From Lytechinus pictus (Eukaryota): a DNA stretch of 64,000 bases. The notes beneath the pieces were generated by a model. That model had not been told where the DNA came from. It was given only the letters and a program-made list of their open reading frames with translations, and did not search any database. Below are positions 35,879-49,775 of this stretch, one piece after another; position 1 is the stretch's first letter; each line of letters starts with the position of its first letter. Location of the stretch: positions 8,000,001-8,064,000 of the forward strand of contig NC_087263.1 in the NCBI RefSeq assembly GCF_037042905.1, read 5' to 3'. The position numbers were made by a program, and so were the translations under genes.

Positions 35879-36594
35879 TATGATACAGTGTTGACAAAGT
35901 AAGATTGGTGGGACAGAAGAAGATGGTACAACGTTGGAATCTGGTTTGTTGCTGGGTTGTTTGCAAAGCATTGATGGCACTTCGTTGGATTTGTTTAAAA
36001 TATGATGCTGGACCAACCAACGTTGCACCAACTCTGCCATACCTGCCTGATCTGGACATAATGATTTCAAGTTCAGTGTTGATATTTTGGTGTTGGTGTT
36101 AGGTCAATTTTTACACGATTATAACACGAAAATTCACTCACTAGTTGTCGTGATGTCAATAATGTGATCTGGATCAGTTTTAAAAGCTCATAATAAGTTT
36201 TGGAGCTAGGGGAAGTAATCCAAATTCCAACACCAACACTAACACCAAGGCCAACACCGGACTTGAAATCACCCAAAGATTATGCACTCATGAATATTCA
36301 TTGATAACCAAAATTTTAGGTAATAGTCCATAATACAGCTATAATGATTAACGTATTTATGTTTATTCAACATTTCCACCATGGAAAGCTTGATAAAAGT
36401 ACGTGGTTCAGTTATTACCATATCATTTATAATCGAAACATGTTATTCTAAGTGAAATTTTCCAGATTGATTATAGAAAAATGTTTTTAACCGTAGCCTG
36501 GTAGGTATAGCAAAGTTGCTCTACATATAGGAGTCAACGACATCACTCGGTGGATAGGTAAATGGTATTTAGGATTATAGGATGAGAAGGGTTA

Positions 36595-36888
36595 ATAATA
36601 ATAATAGTAATAATAATAATAATAATAATAGTAGTAATAATAGTAATGATGATAATAATAATAAAAATTACGTTTTTTACCGAGGGTAGCCACTTCAATT
36701 AGGAAACTGCATTACCAGCGGGCCCTGAATGACATAATATTACCCTTCCCCAATCTAAATGCTGAGCGTCTAGCAAGAAGGCAGAAGTTTCCATTTTTAT
36801 AAGTCTTTGGTATGACTCGGCCGAGAATCGAACCCACGGCCTCCGTTCATGAGGCGGACGCTCCACCATTGAGCCACCATGCCCGGTT
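36595..36888 (-). mobile_element. tRNA-derived SINE
   Basis: Minus strand: A box tggctcaatgg, B box gggttcgattctc, (tat)n tail. Confidence 0.75.
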
Positions 36889-36974
36889 ATAGCCACCATG
36901 TTAGAGTAAAGAGTTGTCAAGGTAAACTTCACATTGAAACCAATAATTTTTTTTTTTTTTAAGATTGCAAGAAT

Positions 36975-37672
36975 ATGTTCGAATAACGTTGTGACAATGT
37001 TGTAACAACATTAGAACGATGTTGCCAGACAACGTTGGAGCAATGTTGCTAAACAACATCAAACCAGCGTTGTAAACATAGTTGGACCGACGATGTACGG
37101 GAGTGTACTTCCATCGATGCTGCAACGTTGCCCTCTTATGTTGCAGCAACGATGTGATTGATGATACAGCCAACATTGAACCAACGTTGCCAGACAACGT
37201 TGGAACATTTTTAGCCGATAACGCTGATCCGACGTTGGAAACATTATCGGTCTGACGATGTATGCGCATGCACTTCGATCGATGATGCAACGTTAGAAAA
37301 GTTTTCCCTACGTTGGTCCAATTATTTTTTTCCAACGCTGTAATTCAGCCGACGTTGGAATAGCTTCGCCAGATAACGTTGGAACATTGTTGCCAGACAA
37401 CGATGGTAGAACATTGTAAATATTGTTGGACTGACGATGTATGTACGTGCACTTCCATCAATACTTCAACGTTGTTCATAAAATGTGGCAACGTCGTGAC
37501 TGACGATTCAGCCAGCAATGGATCAAAGTTGCTAGACAACGTTGGAGCATTTTTTGTCTGACGATGTATGCGCGTGCACCTATGTCAATGATGCAACGTC
37601 GCTAGCCAACGCTGAGGCAACGTAAAAAAAAATCCCAACGTAAATTGGTCCAACGCTGTATTGTTACCTGGG
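36975..37672. mobile_element. One end of an EnSpm/CACTA-like element with subterminal caacgttg repeats
   Basis: Dense ccaacgttg/acaacgtt motifs ending in gttacctggg; matching other end not found. Confidence 0.5.
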
Positions 37673-38304
37673 AACACGGCCAGGCTACCGAGGATAAAAA
37701 AAAAGAACGTGAAGAAAGAATGGGATGGCGTAGATATGTAAATGAAGTTTATAATTATCTTAATTGCTAAATTTCATGCAATAACGGTCGCAATCCAGAC
37801 AAAAATTAGTGAACTTCAATATGTTCCGGAGGCACCACCCAAGCATTGCCTATGTCCCTAGCCAAGGCCTAGACATGCCCCTTTAATTACATTATTTACA
37901 ATTTAAATTTCGCAACGCCAAAAATCTTTTTCGCTATCTCGTGAAGAAACAAAAAGAGAGGAAAAGTGTACGATATTTTATTTTCTAAATATCATGTCAA
38001 ATCCACCTCTAAATAAGATTGTAATGTAAAGGTAAAAAAGAAATCAATAAATAAAAATTTTCTATTGCTTCGCTCCCTCGGGACTTTTATTTAAAAAAAA
38101 AAGTTTTGCCACTCGCTCTATGCTGTGCCCAATGCATTGTTTTACTCATCACGCTACTTCCGCTTTAGTCTACAAATGTATATAAACCGACATCTGCAGT
38201 GTGTGTATCACAGCTGATTCAAACAGTCTGCATAGCACTGATAGCAGACTAGGTCTACTGTGACTGCAGATTGTGCTCGTTTTGCTAGCCCTTTCGGTGA
38301 ACTA

Positions 38305-38700
38305 TCGGATGGTCTAATACCACTTCGTCTACTTATCAGTTCGTCCAACTTCACATTGTCTAAACTAATTTCGTGTACAACCAGTTCGATAATATCCAAT
38401 TCGTCTAATTCCCACTTGGTCTAATATCCAATTAATCTAATTTCCATTTGGGCTAATAACCAGTTGGGCTAATACACACTTGGTCTTATATCCAATTCGT
38501 CTAATGAGCAGTTGGGCTAAAACCATTTAGTTTACTTTCCAGTTGGGCTAACGCCACTTGGTCTACTTTCCACTTCGGTTAATTTCCACTTGGTGTAATT
38601 TTCATTTCGCCTAAATGTCACATGGTCTCATGACCGTTTAGTCTAATTTCCACTTGGTCTAATATCCAATTGGTCTAATGACCACTTGGTCTAATCCCAC
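38305..38700. repeat. Degenerate ~20-bp tandem repeat (ccacttggtctaat)
   Basis: Directly visible; related motifs at 5640-5875. Confidence 0.8.
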
Positions 38701-38881
38701 CTCACGAGCCATTCAGAGTCTGCATAGCAGACTACTCCCGCAGATCGTGCCAACCGCTCGCGTACAAACATTAAAAATCCACTGTGATCAAAATTGAAAA
38801 CTAAGAGAAGAAGAAGTCATAAAAAGAAGAAGAAGAAGAAGAAGAGAAGAAAAAGAAGAAGAAGAAGAAGAGGAGGAGGAG

Positions 38882-39640
38882 CCCGGGGCAGTCATATATA
38901 TTGCTCTACACATGCTGACCCCCCCCCCCAAAAAAAAAAAAAAAAAAAAAAACGCGTTTAAAGGGGTGTTTTTTTTTCAATTTTAGACGCGGGCCGCGCG
39001 TGCACTGTCTCGTTAAAGGTATCAAAAACAGCGATTTTCAAGAAAAAACGGTGGTTTTGAAAGACTGGTCAATGTTTAATCGCGGGGTCAAACGTATTTA
39101 GGGTATATTTTTTTCAAGTTTTTTTCTAAAGGCTAGCCAAACGTGTTTAGGGTAATAATAATAATAGGCATTTATATAGCGCCATCTATCTAGAAATATT
39201 CTATTCCGAGGCGCGTTGTTATTATTATTATTACCCCGGCTTTAGCTCGAGCTGCCTTTCAGCGCTCATGCATTCAAGGAATTAAACAGGGTATGTTTTC
39301 TCCCCAAGGGCATTTTCACGGTAACTGACGTTACACGGCAAAATTTTACACACTTTTCATTGTGTGTATGATTATCTCTTAAACAACAAATGATGGAGTT
39401 TGCTTTTAAGCAAACTCCCTTCATTTGTTGTTTTACCGTGAAAATGCCCCCCAGCTTTTTCCCCAAGGCCATATTCTGGCGACAACTTGTTTAGGGACCA
39501 AATCGTGTAAATAAAGCCCGCGAAAAAAACTTATTTAGGGGTTATTTTGCACACAGAGAAAAAACTCGTTTAGGGGGTGTTTGGAAGTTTGGTCACGCAT
39601 GTGTACAGCAATACATTTGGCTGCCCCCCCCCCCCCTGGG
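38882..39640. mobile_element. hAT-like non-autonomous element (CCC(G/A)GGG termini) containing a SINE 3' fragment at ~39152-39285
   Basis: About 40-bp imperfect TIR; 8-bp TSD aggaggag/aggatgag; internal tttaggg repeats. Confidence 0.7.
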
Positions 39641-39784
39641 AGGATGAGGAGGAGGAGAAGAAGAAGACGAAATAGTGGTATTAAGGGCCTTATGTAATAA
39701 TTTCATTATTGTAGGGAATATGCAGACATCGCATGATAGTGACTAAAATAAGTTCATAGGGTGCGAGTTAAGAGGGTTAGAGTC

Positions 39785-40542
39785 CGTAATTCTAAAGGTT
39801 CGTTATTCCGAAGGTTCTTTAATTCGAAGGTTCGTAATTCCGAAACACGTAATTGCCAATATCTCGATGTTCGTTAGTCCGAAAACGAAATAAAAAGGGA
39901 TTCGTTCATCGGAACATTTGGGGCGTTATTTCGAAGGTTCGTTCATCCGAAAACAAAATAGATTTCGTTATTCCGAAGGTTCGTTAGTCCGAAAATTTGG
40001 ACCAGAATAGGTCACAATTATAATCACAAACAGGGACATCGATCCCCCCTTTTTGGCTGGGAGAGGGACAAAACAGCCACCAGCTTTGCTCAACTTAATT
40101 ACTACAAAACACACAGCGACTTCACAAAAATGATAGGCCTACTCTCATGGTAAAAATATCCGTTTGCACCAAAATGCCAATTTTGACATATAAGTGCCCC
40201 CCAAACGTTCCTCCGTCCCTGCCTTCCCGTCCTCAAAACAATTAAACAGCAACCATGTTTCTACCCCCCCCCCTTTGCACCACGCTTGCCCTTCCTGTAT
40301 TCCCGGCTTCGCCACAGATTATTTCATTTTTCGGAATGACGAACCTTGTTTTGTTTTCGGACGAACGAACATTATTTCGTTTTCGGACTAACGAACCTTT
40401 GAAATAATGAACCTTATTTCATTTCCGGATTAACGAACCATCGGAATTACGAACCATCGGAATAACGAACCGCCGGAATAACGAACCTTCGGAATATTCG
40501 AACCTTCAGAAAAACGAACCTTCGGAATAACAAACGTAACCC
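39785..40542. mobile_element. Foldback element with inverted arrays of ggttcgttattccgaa
   Basis: Array at 39785-39995 is inverted relative to 40330-40540. Confidence 0.75.
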
Positions 40543-41138
40543 GAATTAAAGGAAATGTCCCCCCGAACAAAAAGTTGATTTGAATAAAAAGAGATAATCC
40601 AACAAGCATAACATTGAAATATTTCATTAAAAAAAAACGGATGTAAAACAAGAAAATTATGACAATTTCAAGTTTCGTTTATTTTTCACAAACAGTTATA
40701 TGCACATCCTGGTCCGTATGCAATTGAGGGAAATGATGATATTACTCATTATACTATATTTATTTTGTATTGTATTGTGTGAAAAATGAAATATTGTAAT
40801 TTTCTCCTCATTGTCATGTCAATGAAAGTTTTCATTCTTCCTGAACATGTAAAATTACCATTGTTTATTCATTTCTATGGTTCAGTCAAGTTGCTCCTTA
40901 TTGTCAAATCTGTAATAATTGTAATATTGCATAATTAAAAAAAATAAAAACAAAAGATATAGTGAGTGCGGGACATCATCGACCCTCTCATTTGCATATC
41001 ACTGAGTTGTGCGTGTAACTGTTTTGTGAAAAATAAGCGAAACTTAAACATATAATAACATTTTTATTTCATATCCGATTTGAACGAAATGTTTAGCATG
41101 TTTCTTGTCTGATTTTCCTCTATTTATTCAAATCAATA

Positions 41139-41813
41139 TAGATTGAGCTGGGACGTAAAGGACACATGTCTGACTCCCAGATATTCACAGACTCTGAGCT
41201 CTTCGAATGCCTAGAAGATGGGTCCATAGGGCTGTCCCAACCATGCCCTCTCCCTGGAGAAAATCAGCCTGATATTCCCTACTTCATCCTGGGTGACGAT
41301 GCTTTTGCCCTGAAGAGCTAAATGATGAAGCCATACAGTAGAAGAGGGATGACAGATGAACAGAGGATCTGCAACTACAGGATCTCAAGGGGGAGAAGAG
41401 TGGTGGAGAATGCCTTTGGCATCATGGCCAACAAGTTCCGGTGCCTGTTGGGAACAATGGAACAGAAGGTAGATAACGTCAGAGATTTGATGGAGACTGC
41501 TGTGGTGCTCCACAACCTGCCGAGGAAGAGGGTGGCGCTGGCAGCCAATGCGGTGGACCACGAAGATGAAGAGTACAACTTCGAACCAGGGGCATGGAGA
41601 GATGGACCTCACTGGGAAGATGTTCCGCAACCACCTGCAAGGGGGAACCTCGCCACTATGGATGCCAGAGAATACTTCGTCTCTCCAGTGGGTGCTGTTG
41701 ACTGGCAACAAAGAATGGCTGGGGTGGTACTTCCTGATTGTGTTAAGAAAGGAGTGGCTCAGATATCGTCAGAAGCAGATTATGAAGATAAAGACTTTTG
41801 TGTCTGGAAATAA
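41139..41813 (+). pseudogene. PIF/Harbinger (HARBI1-like, DDE_Tnp_4) transposase, 5'-truncated, in-frame stop
   Basis: [15 protein letters not shown]...[19 protein letters not shown]...NYRISRGRRVVENAFGIMANKFR...VLHNL; TAA at 41319-41321. Confidence 0.9.
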
Positions 41814-42369
41814 GAACATTCTCCCGTATGCACATTTTGTTTATTTTTAATATAAATTTGAAATAATTTGTGTATTATGTGTACTTGTGAAGATGTTATT
41901 ATTATTATTGATGTTATTGTTGTTGTTATGTATTTCATCTGCTTGTAAAAATATAAATACAGACTTTATTGATTTTTTTACCCATGAAAAATCAGATAAT
42001 ACTACTATTGTAAATCAGGAGTAAACATTTAAAGGAATCAAGTTGCAGAATTTGAAATTTAGATATGTGCGATAAAAGATCTTTAAAATACGCAATTTTG
42101 TTAAATAGATTATTACAAATTATTACAAATTGATTTTCTTACTAATTAAAAAATTAATAAGAAAATCAATTTTATATGTGAGATACATAACCCTTATTGT
42201 AACAGAGAAAATAAAACAAAGGAAGTAAAATATAAAACATTATACAATATAAAATTAAAAAATGAAATATAATAAAAAAAAATGAATAGACAAAACTTTG
42301 TGGAAAACTCAGAGTTTTTAACAAAGTTTTTCTATTTATTTTTTTAATCTGTTCTAAGTGGGGTCACCG

Positions 42370-42666
42370 CTTTGAACCAAGCTCTCTTAAACTCTGTTAA
42401 GCTTTCCTACGACTTTGTTAAGCTTTGTGTTGCTTTGATATTAAGCTTTAATACGCTCTCCCTGCTTTACGCAATCCGTGACAGATCGCTTCAAATTTTT
42501 AAACAGTTTAAAAATTTTGGCGCTCTTGCCGAATGTCTCGAATTGCTCAAAGCTTTCTTATGCTCTATTACGGTCTTTACGCTTTAATTAAGCTTTGTTA
42601 CGCTTTGCCACCGCTTTGCACGCCGCTTTAAAGCGCAATCAAAGCGCCGTTGGTGTGAACTTGGCA
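42370..42666 (+). mobile_element. 3' end of the Harbinger element
   Basis: Subterminal gcttt repeats ending ggtgtgaacttggca|taa (TAA target typical of Harbinger). Confidence 0.65.
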
Positions 42667-45575
42667 TAACAAAGTTTTAATGAGACATTCTGAAATGTTC
42701 TTAATCATTCTATGCTATGAATATCCTTAAAGTGGAAATAACTAAATAAATGAATGTAATTGCTCTTACACTTCTCCTTATATATAACAATTGTATTTCC
42801 ACCTGTCCATAATCTTGTCATCCATGTTATATTTTTAAAATTATATGTTATTTGGTTGTCATGGCAATAGCTTAAGAAGTTATATTCATACACTTAGCCA
42901 CAAACACATCTTCCTTTAGCAGCGTAAAATTAGGGAAAATTGAATGATGATCATATTCTACATTTTTATCAATATTTTTATTTTTGTGGAGGGAAGTAAG
43001 CTGTTGCCATGTCAACTGGCCATTTGCAATATTTTTGTTAATTCAAGCATAACCGACGCAACGTAAATTTTTATCTCTGTAAAGAACTCATGCAGAACAC
43101 TCACTGTATTTTTGTTTTAATGAGGGGGGTCAAAACTTTAGCACATACATGTAAATTAAGTCAATTCTAATTGTATTTTCCACCTGTTGTCTCGTCAACC
43201 ATGTTATTTTCGTAAACTAGATGTTATTTGGTTGCATGTTATTTATACATTTAGCAACCAAAATATCTTTGTTTAGCACTACAAAATTAGGGGAAATCAA
43301 AGATAGATCAGATTCTACAACGTTTTTCATTAAAAAAAATACTTTTCTTGGAGGAAACAAGCCGTTGCCATGGCAACAGACCAATTGGAACTATCTCGGT
43401 GATCTAGAATATTTCTAAACTTCATATGTATTCAATTGGACGCTTGAAAATGATCTTGTTGGTCATCTACATCATGTTTATTTACCATTTACACGGGAAT
43501 GTATGTTATTTTGGCGAAATTAATCCGTTGCCATGGCAACGGTCGAAAATGGCATTTATAAATTTACTTCCCATCTTTAACATAAATCTTACGGCTTCAA
43601 AATGATCTTTTTGGTCATCTACATCATGTTTATTAACCATTGACACGGGAATGTATGTTATTTGGGCGAAATTAATCCGTTGCCATGGCAACGGTCGAAA
43701 ATGGCATTTATAAATTCACTTCCCATCTTTAACATAAATCTTACGGCATAAACTAATGCTTGTGAAGGTTTCATGCTTTAGTGATAATTTGCACAATTGT
43801 TGTGATTTTTAGAACTTATCCGCTCTGCCAGGTCGCTTTGTTCCTTTCTGAAATTGAAAAACAAAATTACGTCTTGTAACTTCTATCACAATTCAATATT
43901 AAATTTAAGATTCTCAATCCCTTGCAATAAGCAATGCGTCAAACGAGGCAGCTATTTTTAGCCATGATGCAACGTTTACTACTACTTGACGAAAAACACA
44001 CACAATAATTATTTTCTTCCCCAAATATTTGTATATCATGTATAAGGCATGGCAAACGGCCCCAGCCTCCAGAAACTATATTTGACGATTTAATCAATCA
44101 TATGCCCTTTTTCTATATATTCTTAAGAGTCATAATAATATGTCTGACTTTCAGTTTGATGTTTCTTGTTCTCGTTTTCCACCGTACAAATTACTGCATG
44201 ATGAAAATATTGTTCACATGATAAAATCCACCGACTGTACCAATGACTTTGGTACAGCAAAATGGAGTATATTAGACTTACTTTATCGAAGGAAGTGATT
44301 CGAAAGGAGAGAAAAAAATATTTTGGGATACTTTTAATTAAATACTTTTAATGGGGGTAAAGACTGAATCATGAGTACGTGTTTTTTTTTATTCTTGCAA
44401 TATTATGTACCTAATTAGGACTAAAAGGAATGATGTGCAGCAAATTTCATGTATTTAGGGCCGAAAAAGGGAACATTATAAACATTAAAATTATACATAT
44501 CCCAAATAGTTAACGGAAGCGCGCACTGAAATGATCCTTACCTGAAAATAGTAGTTTAAGTGCTGTTTGTAAGACTTAATGGAGAATATATATATGTAAA
44601 TATTATACTTATAAGGCACTAGCTGTTTTTTTTAAATACATTCATACCTGAAAACAGGACATTCCGAAAACTTCTTGCAGTCATAAATTGGATTCGAATC
44701 TCAGTAAACATGCAATGCGAGCGCGAAGCGAGAGGCATTTCTTTTTTAAATTTTGATATATACAATAGATTCACTTTTGCCCAATTCAGAATAGTGAATT
44801 TGAAAATAGACATGGAATAAGAATAATGAAATGTAAATAAATACGTTGTAGGCCTATAAAGTAAATATCAAATTTGCAAGGGCAGTGATAAAGATTATGA
44901 CAAGTAAGATGGAGCCATTGCTCCACAAACTGTTCATAAAATTCATCACAGTGAAACAGTGGAAGCCTGCAATATTTTCTTTCAGTTATTGATTGTTTTT
45001 GGTTCATATTGTCTAAAATGTTTTTCTTTTTTCTTCTTTAACATGATGGTGTACATTGATTTTCCGAAATGGGGAGGGAGATTTTGTTCAGGGAACAAAT
45101 TGACAGCTCCCCAAATAATAATAATGATGATAATAATAATAATAATAATAACAATAATAATAATGATGATAATAATGAAAAAGAAACATTAACGGATGAA
45201 GGTGAATTATGTCAAGACAAATTTTACAAGTAAAATAGAAAAGAAAAACGGTTTACACAAAAAACCCCGACTTTTTCCATTCCATTTTTTTCTCTCAAAG
45301 GGGGGGGGGGGGGGGTGTTGCGCTGGCCATATATACCCCTAATTGGATCTGCCACTGGTATGGTTCAAAATCCCGATAGCCCTACGTGTAATGAAAGAAA
45401 GTCCACTAATTTCACGAAAAACCAAATATTCGGCATTTTTTGTGTGGATATATTGTCGAATATCCAATAAATATTTAGGCTCATCGTTTTGAGTAACATC
45501 CCAAAATAGTCGACAAATAAAAAAAAATGTCCTAAGCACAACATAACACGATTCCAATATGTAAATATGGTTATG

Positions 45576-45583
45576 TGACGTCA
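45576..45583. promoter_or_regulatory. CRE palindrome TGACGTCA about 200 bp upstream of the signal-peptide exon (second copy at 51438-51445)
   Basis: Perfect CRE motif kept in both duplicate promoters despite flanking indels. Confidence 0.4.
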
Positions 45584-45797
45584 CAAAGACCTTCCTTCGA
45601 CGACAGGGATTGGACATATTTCTGAGTAAATATAACCCCAACGGCATTATGAGGTCAATTTATTTGACAAACATGCCACTACTTTGATGACGGTATATCT
45701 GGCATAGCATTGGAATTGCTTGGTAATTTTAACGGAATATATACTAGCTCGTACATGTATGTTTTCTCGTGTAAATTCTGGAATATATTTTGAGAAA

Positions 45798-45879
45798 ATG
45801 AAGACCCGTGTTCGATTGTTACAGATTATGATATTTATGCAACTACTATTGTATTGCATACATGGATTGACGACGCAAT
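45798..45879 (+). pseudogene. Signal-peptide exon, copy 1 (MKTRVRLLQIMIFMQLLLYCIHGLTTQ)
   Basis: aaaATG, basic-then-hydrophobic peptide, T|gtgagt donor in phase 1; no downstream exon of its own. Confidence 0.7.
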
Positions 45880-47762
45880 GTGAGTATTATAAAATGTGTA
45901 ATTTGTCCCAATGTACGACCCCACCCTTTAATCCATTGAATAGAAACCAAATTAAAGCGTCTGACATTAGATGTTATTTGGTTGTCATGGCAATGGCTTA
46001 ATATGTTGTTTGTATATCAACAACAAACATTAATGCCTTGCACCCTAAAATTAGGGAAATAAAAAAAAAATCAGATTCTAAACTGTTTTTCCATCAAATT
46101 TGGTATTTTTCTTGGGGAAAAGGGCCATGGCAACGGGCCATATACAAAACACATTGATATTTATAATTAGATTTAAGCTTACCAAGGCAACCTCCATTTT
46201 TATCGGTCTAATGAACTAATGAGAGGCACTGTAATCATTGTTCAATATCAAATGACTGGGTCAAACTTTAAGTCAATCGTTATTAATTTTTTCATACTGT
46301 CCATTATCAAGTCAACTATGTGAATTTTTCAAATTAGATGTTATTTGGTTGCTATGGCAATGGCTTTAGATGTTATTTGTATATTAACAGCAAACATATC
46401 CATTCTCAGCACCCTAAAATTGTAATGAAAGAAAATTCAGATTCTACATTTTTTTTTTCAAAACTGACAATTTTCTTGGGTAAATGAGCCGTTGCTATGG
46501 CAACAGCCCATTTGGAACATTGATATTTATCATTGCATTCAAGTGGTACCAATGCACCATCAATCTTTATCATTCTAATTAGTTCGTGCAAAACACTCGC
46601 TGTATTTTTTTCCTCAAAATTAAATGAGTAGGTCAAACCTTATGCATGTAAATTAAATTAATTTTTATTGTATTTCCACCTGTCCATAATCTTGTCATCC
46701 ATGTTATTTTTTTCTCAAACTAGATGTTATTTGGTTGTCATGGCAATGGCTTAAGAAGTGATATTTATACATTTAGCCAGAGACGTATCTTCCTTTAGCA
46801 TAGTAAAATTAGGGGAATCTGGTGATCATATTATACATTTTTATCAATATCTTTACTTTTCTGGAGGGAAATAAGCTGTTTCCATGGCAACAGGCCCTTC
46901 GCAACATTGGTTTCTTTGTTATTTAATTCAAGCATTACCAAGGCAACATAAATGTATCTTTTAAAAGACCTCATGCAGCACACATACTGTATTTTTTTGT
47001 TGTTCAAATGAGGGGACAAAAACTGCACATACATGTAGATTTCCACCTGTCCATTGTCTCGTCAACCATGTTATTTTCGTAAACTAGATGTTATTTGGTT
47101 GCAATGTCAATAGCTTAAGATGTTATTTATACATTTAGCAAATATCTTTGTTTAGCACTGCAAAATTAGGGGAAATCAAAGATAGATCAGATTCTACAAC
47201 GTTTTTCAATCTTTTTTTTTGTTTTACTTTTCTTGGAGAAAACAAGCCGTTGCCATTGTAACAGACCAATTGGAATTATCTCGATGATCTTGAATATTTC
47301 TAAATTTCATATGTATTCAATTGGACGCGCTTGAAAATCATGTACATCATGCATTTTATTTACCATTTACACGGGAATGTATGTTATTTTGGCGAAATTA
47401 ATCAGTTGCCCAATTTGCACAATTGTGATTTTAGAGCTTATCTGCTCTACTAGGTCGCTTTGTTCCTTTATGAAATCTTGGCTGCTATTACTCAAGCATT
47501 TATTTTGCTTATATAGTTTGCCACTGCATTTGTTTTTCACTACTTTGTCTTATCCTTGAAATTGTATTCATGTCTAAATTTTGATATGACACTGATATAA
47601 ATTTGTCACATTGCAATGTACTTTAATGTCATACTACGATTATGTTTATGTATTGTAAATTAATTTTGACTTTACAAATGAAATAATACAGAAACTCCTG
47701 CAAAAAAAAAAGAAAAACAAGATTGTCATCAGTCACGTCCTGTTACTTCTATCACAATTCTG

Positions 47763-48205
47763 AGCCAGTTCGTAGTTCCACTCTGCGCATGGTCAGAAGA
47801 TTGTGCGCATGATCAAAAGAAGGTCATTGGTGCTAAAGTGACATGGTGGTTTAAAATTTAATGAGATAAGCACAAACTTCGATGTCTTGATTATTCCTAT
47901 ATTCTTTTCAATTATGTTTTTCATTTACATAAAAAAAAAAAAATGCGTCCACGAACGACTGGTATTTCAGTTTGCCAAGTACATTGTACAAAATGCTCTA
48001 ACACGCATTCAAAGTAGAAATGCAACAAATACCTTCATAAAGCGTTCATTGGTGTGCTATTCTAGTCACCTGGTCTATTCAATTTTTTCATCCTGCTATG
48101 TAGGACATGCTGACGTAATATCTTGCTTTGAAATCTGCCTATCACAATGAAAGAAATGACAGGTCATTTGACCAAAATTGTCCATGAAGTAACTACGAAC
48201 TGGTC
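47763..48205. mobile_element. TIR element present only in duplicate copy 2
   Basis: ccagttcgtagtt / aactacgaactgg; absent from the paralogous position near 43895. Confidence 0.6.
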
Positions 48206-48771
48206 TGGAAGCAATGCGTCAAACGATGCAGCTATTTTTATCCATGATGGAACGTGTACTAGTACTTGACGAAAAACACAAACAATTAAAATATTTGTAT
48301 AAGGCATGGCTAACGGACCCAGCGTCCAGAAACTACATTTGCCTTATTTGAATCAATGATACGCCCTTTTCCATACATTTTTAAGAGTCATATATGTCTG
48401 ACTTTCAGTTTGATGTTTCTTGTTCTCGTTTTCCTCCGTACAAATTACTGCATGAAGTGGCCCAAAATTATTTTGCGTGATGAAAATATTGTTCACAGGA
48501 TAAAATCCACCGACTGTAGACATGACTTGAGTAAAGCAAAATGGAGTATATTAGACTTAGTTATCGAAGGAAATGATACGAAAGGAAAAAAAAAACATTT
48601 TGGGATACTTTTAATTAAATATACTTTTAATGGGGGGTAATAACTGAATCATAAGGACGTATTTCCTTACTTTTGCAATATGTCTAATTGGGACTAAATA
48701 GAATGATGTGATGTAAATTTCATGTATTTAGGGCCGAAAAAAACATTGTAAGCATTAAAATTATACATATC

Positions 48772-48941
48772 CATAGGCGGCGGAAGTGGGGGGGGGGACC
48801 CGTCCCCCCAAAAAAAAATGAAATTGGGGGGGGGGGACGATCCCCCCCCTAAATTTTTTGTTTGTAACCTTTTTTTTTTTTGCTTGCTTGTAAAAAAATG
48901 TTGGTGGTAACCCCTAATTTTTTTGGCTTCCGCCGCCAATG
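48772..48941. mobile_element. hAT-like MITE with perfect 8-bp TSD
   Basis: tacatatc|cataggcggcggaag...cttccgccgccaatg|tacatatc; empty site in the paralog at ~44494-44501. Confidence 0.9.
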
Positions 48942-49016
48942 TACATATCCCAAATATTTAATGCAAGCACGCGCTGAAATGATCCTGACCTGAACGTAGC
49001 ATCTTAAATACATATA

Positions 49017-49775
49017 TGAAGAGCTCATTTTTCATCAGATTTGATTTTTATGTCTCAATGACTAGATTCTTAGCAGCTCTATAAGATGATACAAAAGAAA
49101 AGTTGAAATTCCTATTAAAAAGTGAACTAAAATGGCAAAATCACTTTTTTCAGAAGGGGTTACGTCCACAAATATTTTTTTGGAAAATAATATCTTAACA
49201 AATATGAAGACAGGTAGATTTCTCTTATACCCAATGTTATGTTCTCATGGTAGGGTATCATGACAATTCAGTTTCCCTTAAGAATATTGCAATATAGGAG
49301 AATTATAAAATTATTTTCTTGGAGTGGACCTAACCCCTTTTGCAACCAAACTCTTCTGAAGAACTCATTTGTCAAAATGTGTGAGGTCCATTTTTCATAA
49401 TTTTTATTGTTTTCTGTCTCTAAACCTCTAAATTTTTAGTCACTCTGATGATACCAAAGACAATTTGAAATTCAAATGAAAACGTAAATGAAAGTGGCAA
49501 AGAAAAATTACTTTTTTTAATCAAAAGAGATTGGATTCATTTCAGTTTACTTGCAAAAGGGGTTAGGTCCACAATGATATTTTTTTTTAATATATAGAAA
49601 AAAATTGAAGACAGATAGATTTCTTTTATACCCAATTTTATGTTCACATGATAAGGTAGCACATCATGACAATTTAGTTTCTCATAAGAATATTGCAATA
49701 AGTGAGAATATAAAACATGTTTTTTATCGGAATGGTCCAAAGTGTACCTAATCCCTTTTGCAACTAAACTCTTCA
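49017..49775. mobile_element. Repeat family with TGAAGAG...CTCTTCA termini; further copies at 53382-54124, 52205-52340 and 59112-59450 (inverted)
   Basis: Shared ends ttttgcaactaaactcttca and a two-unit internal structure. Confidence 0.7.

Noticed and set aside
39090..39580. Interstitial telomere-like TTTAGGG motifs (also 62150-62480)
   Set aside because: Dispersed subterminal motifs inside TSD-flanked TIR elements, not tandem telomeric arrays.
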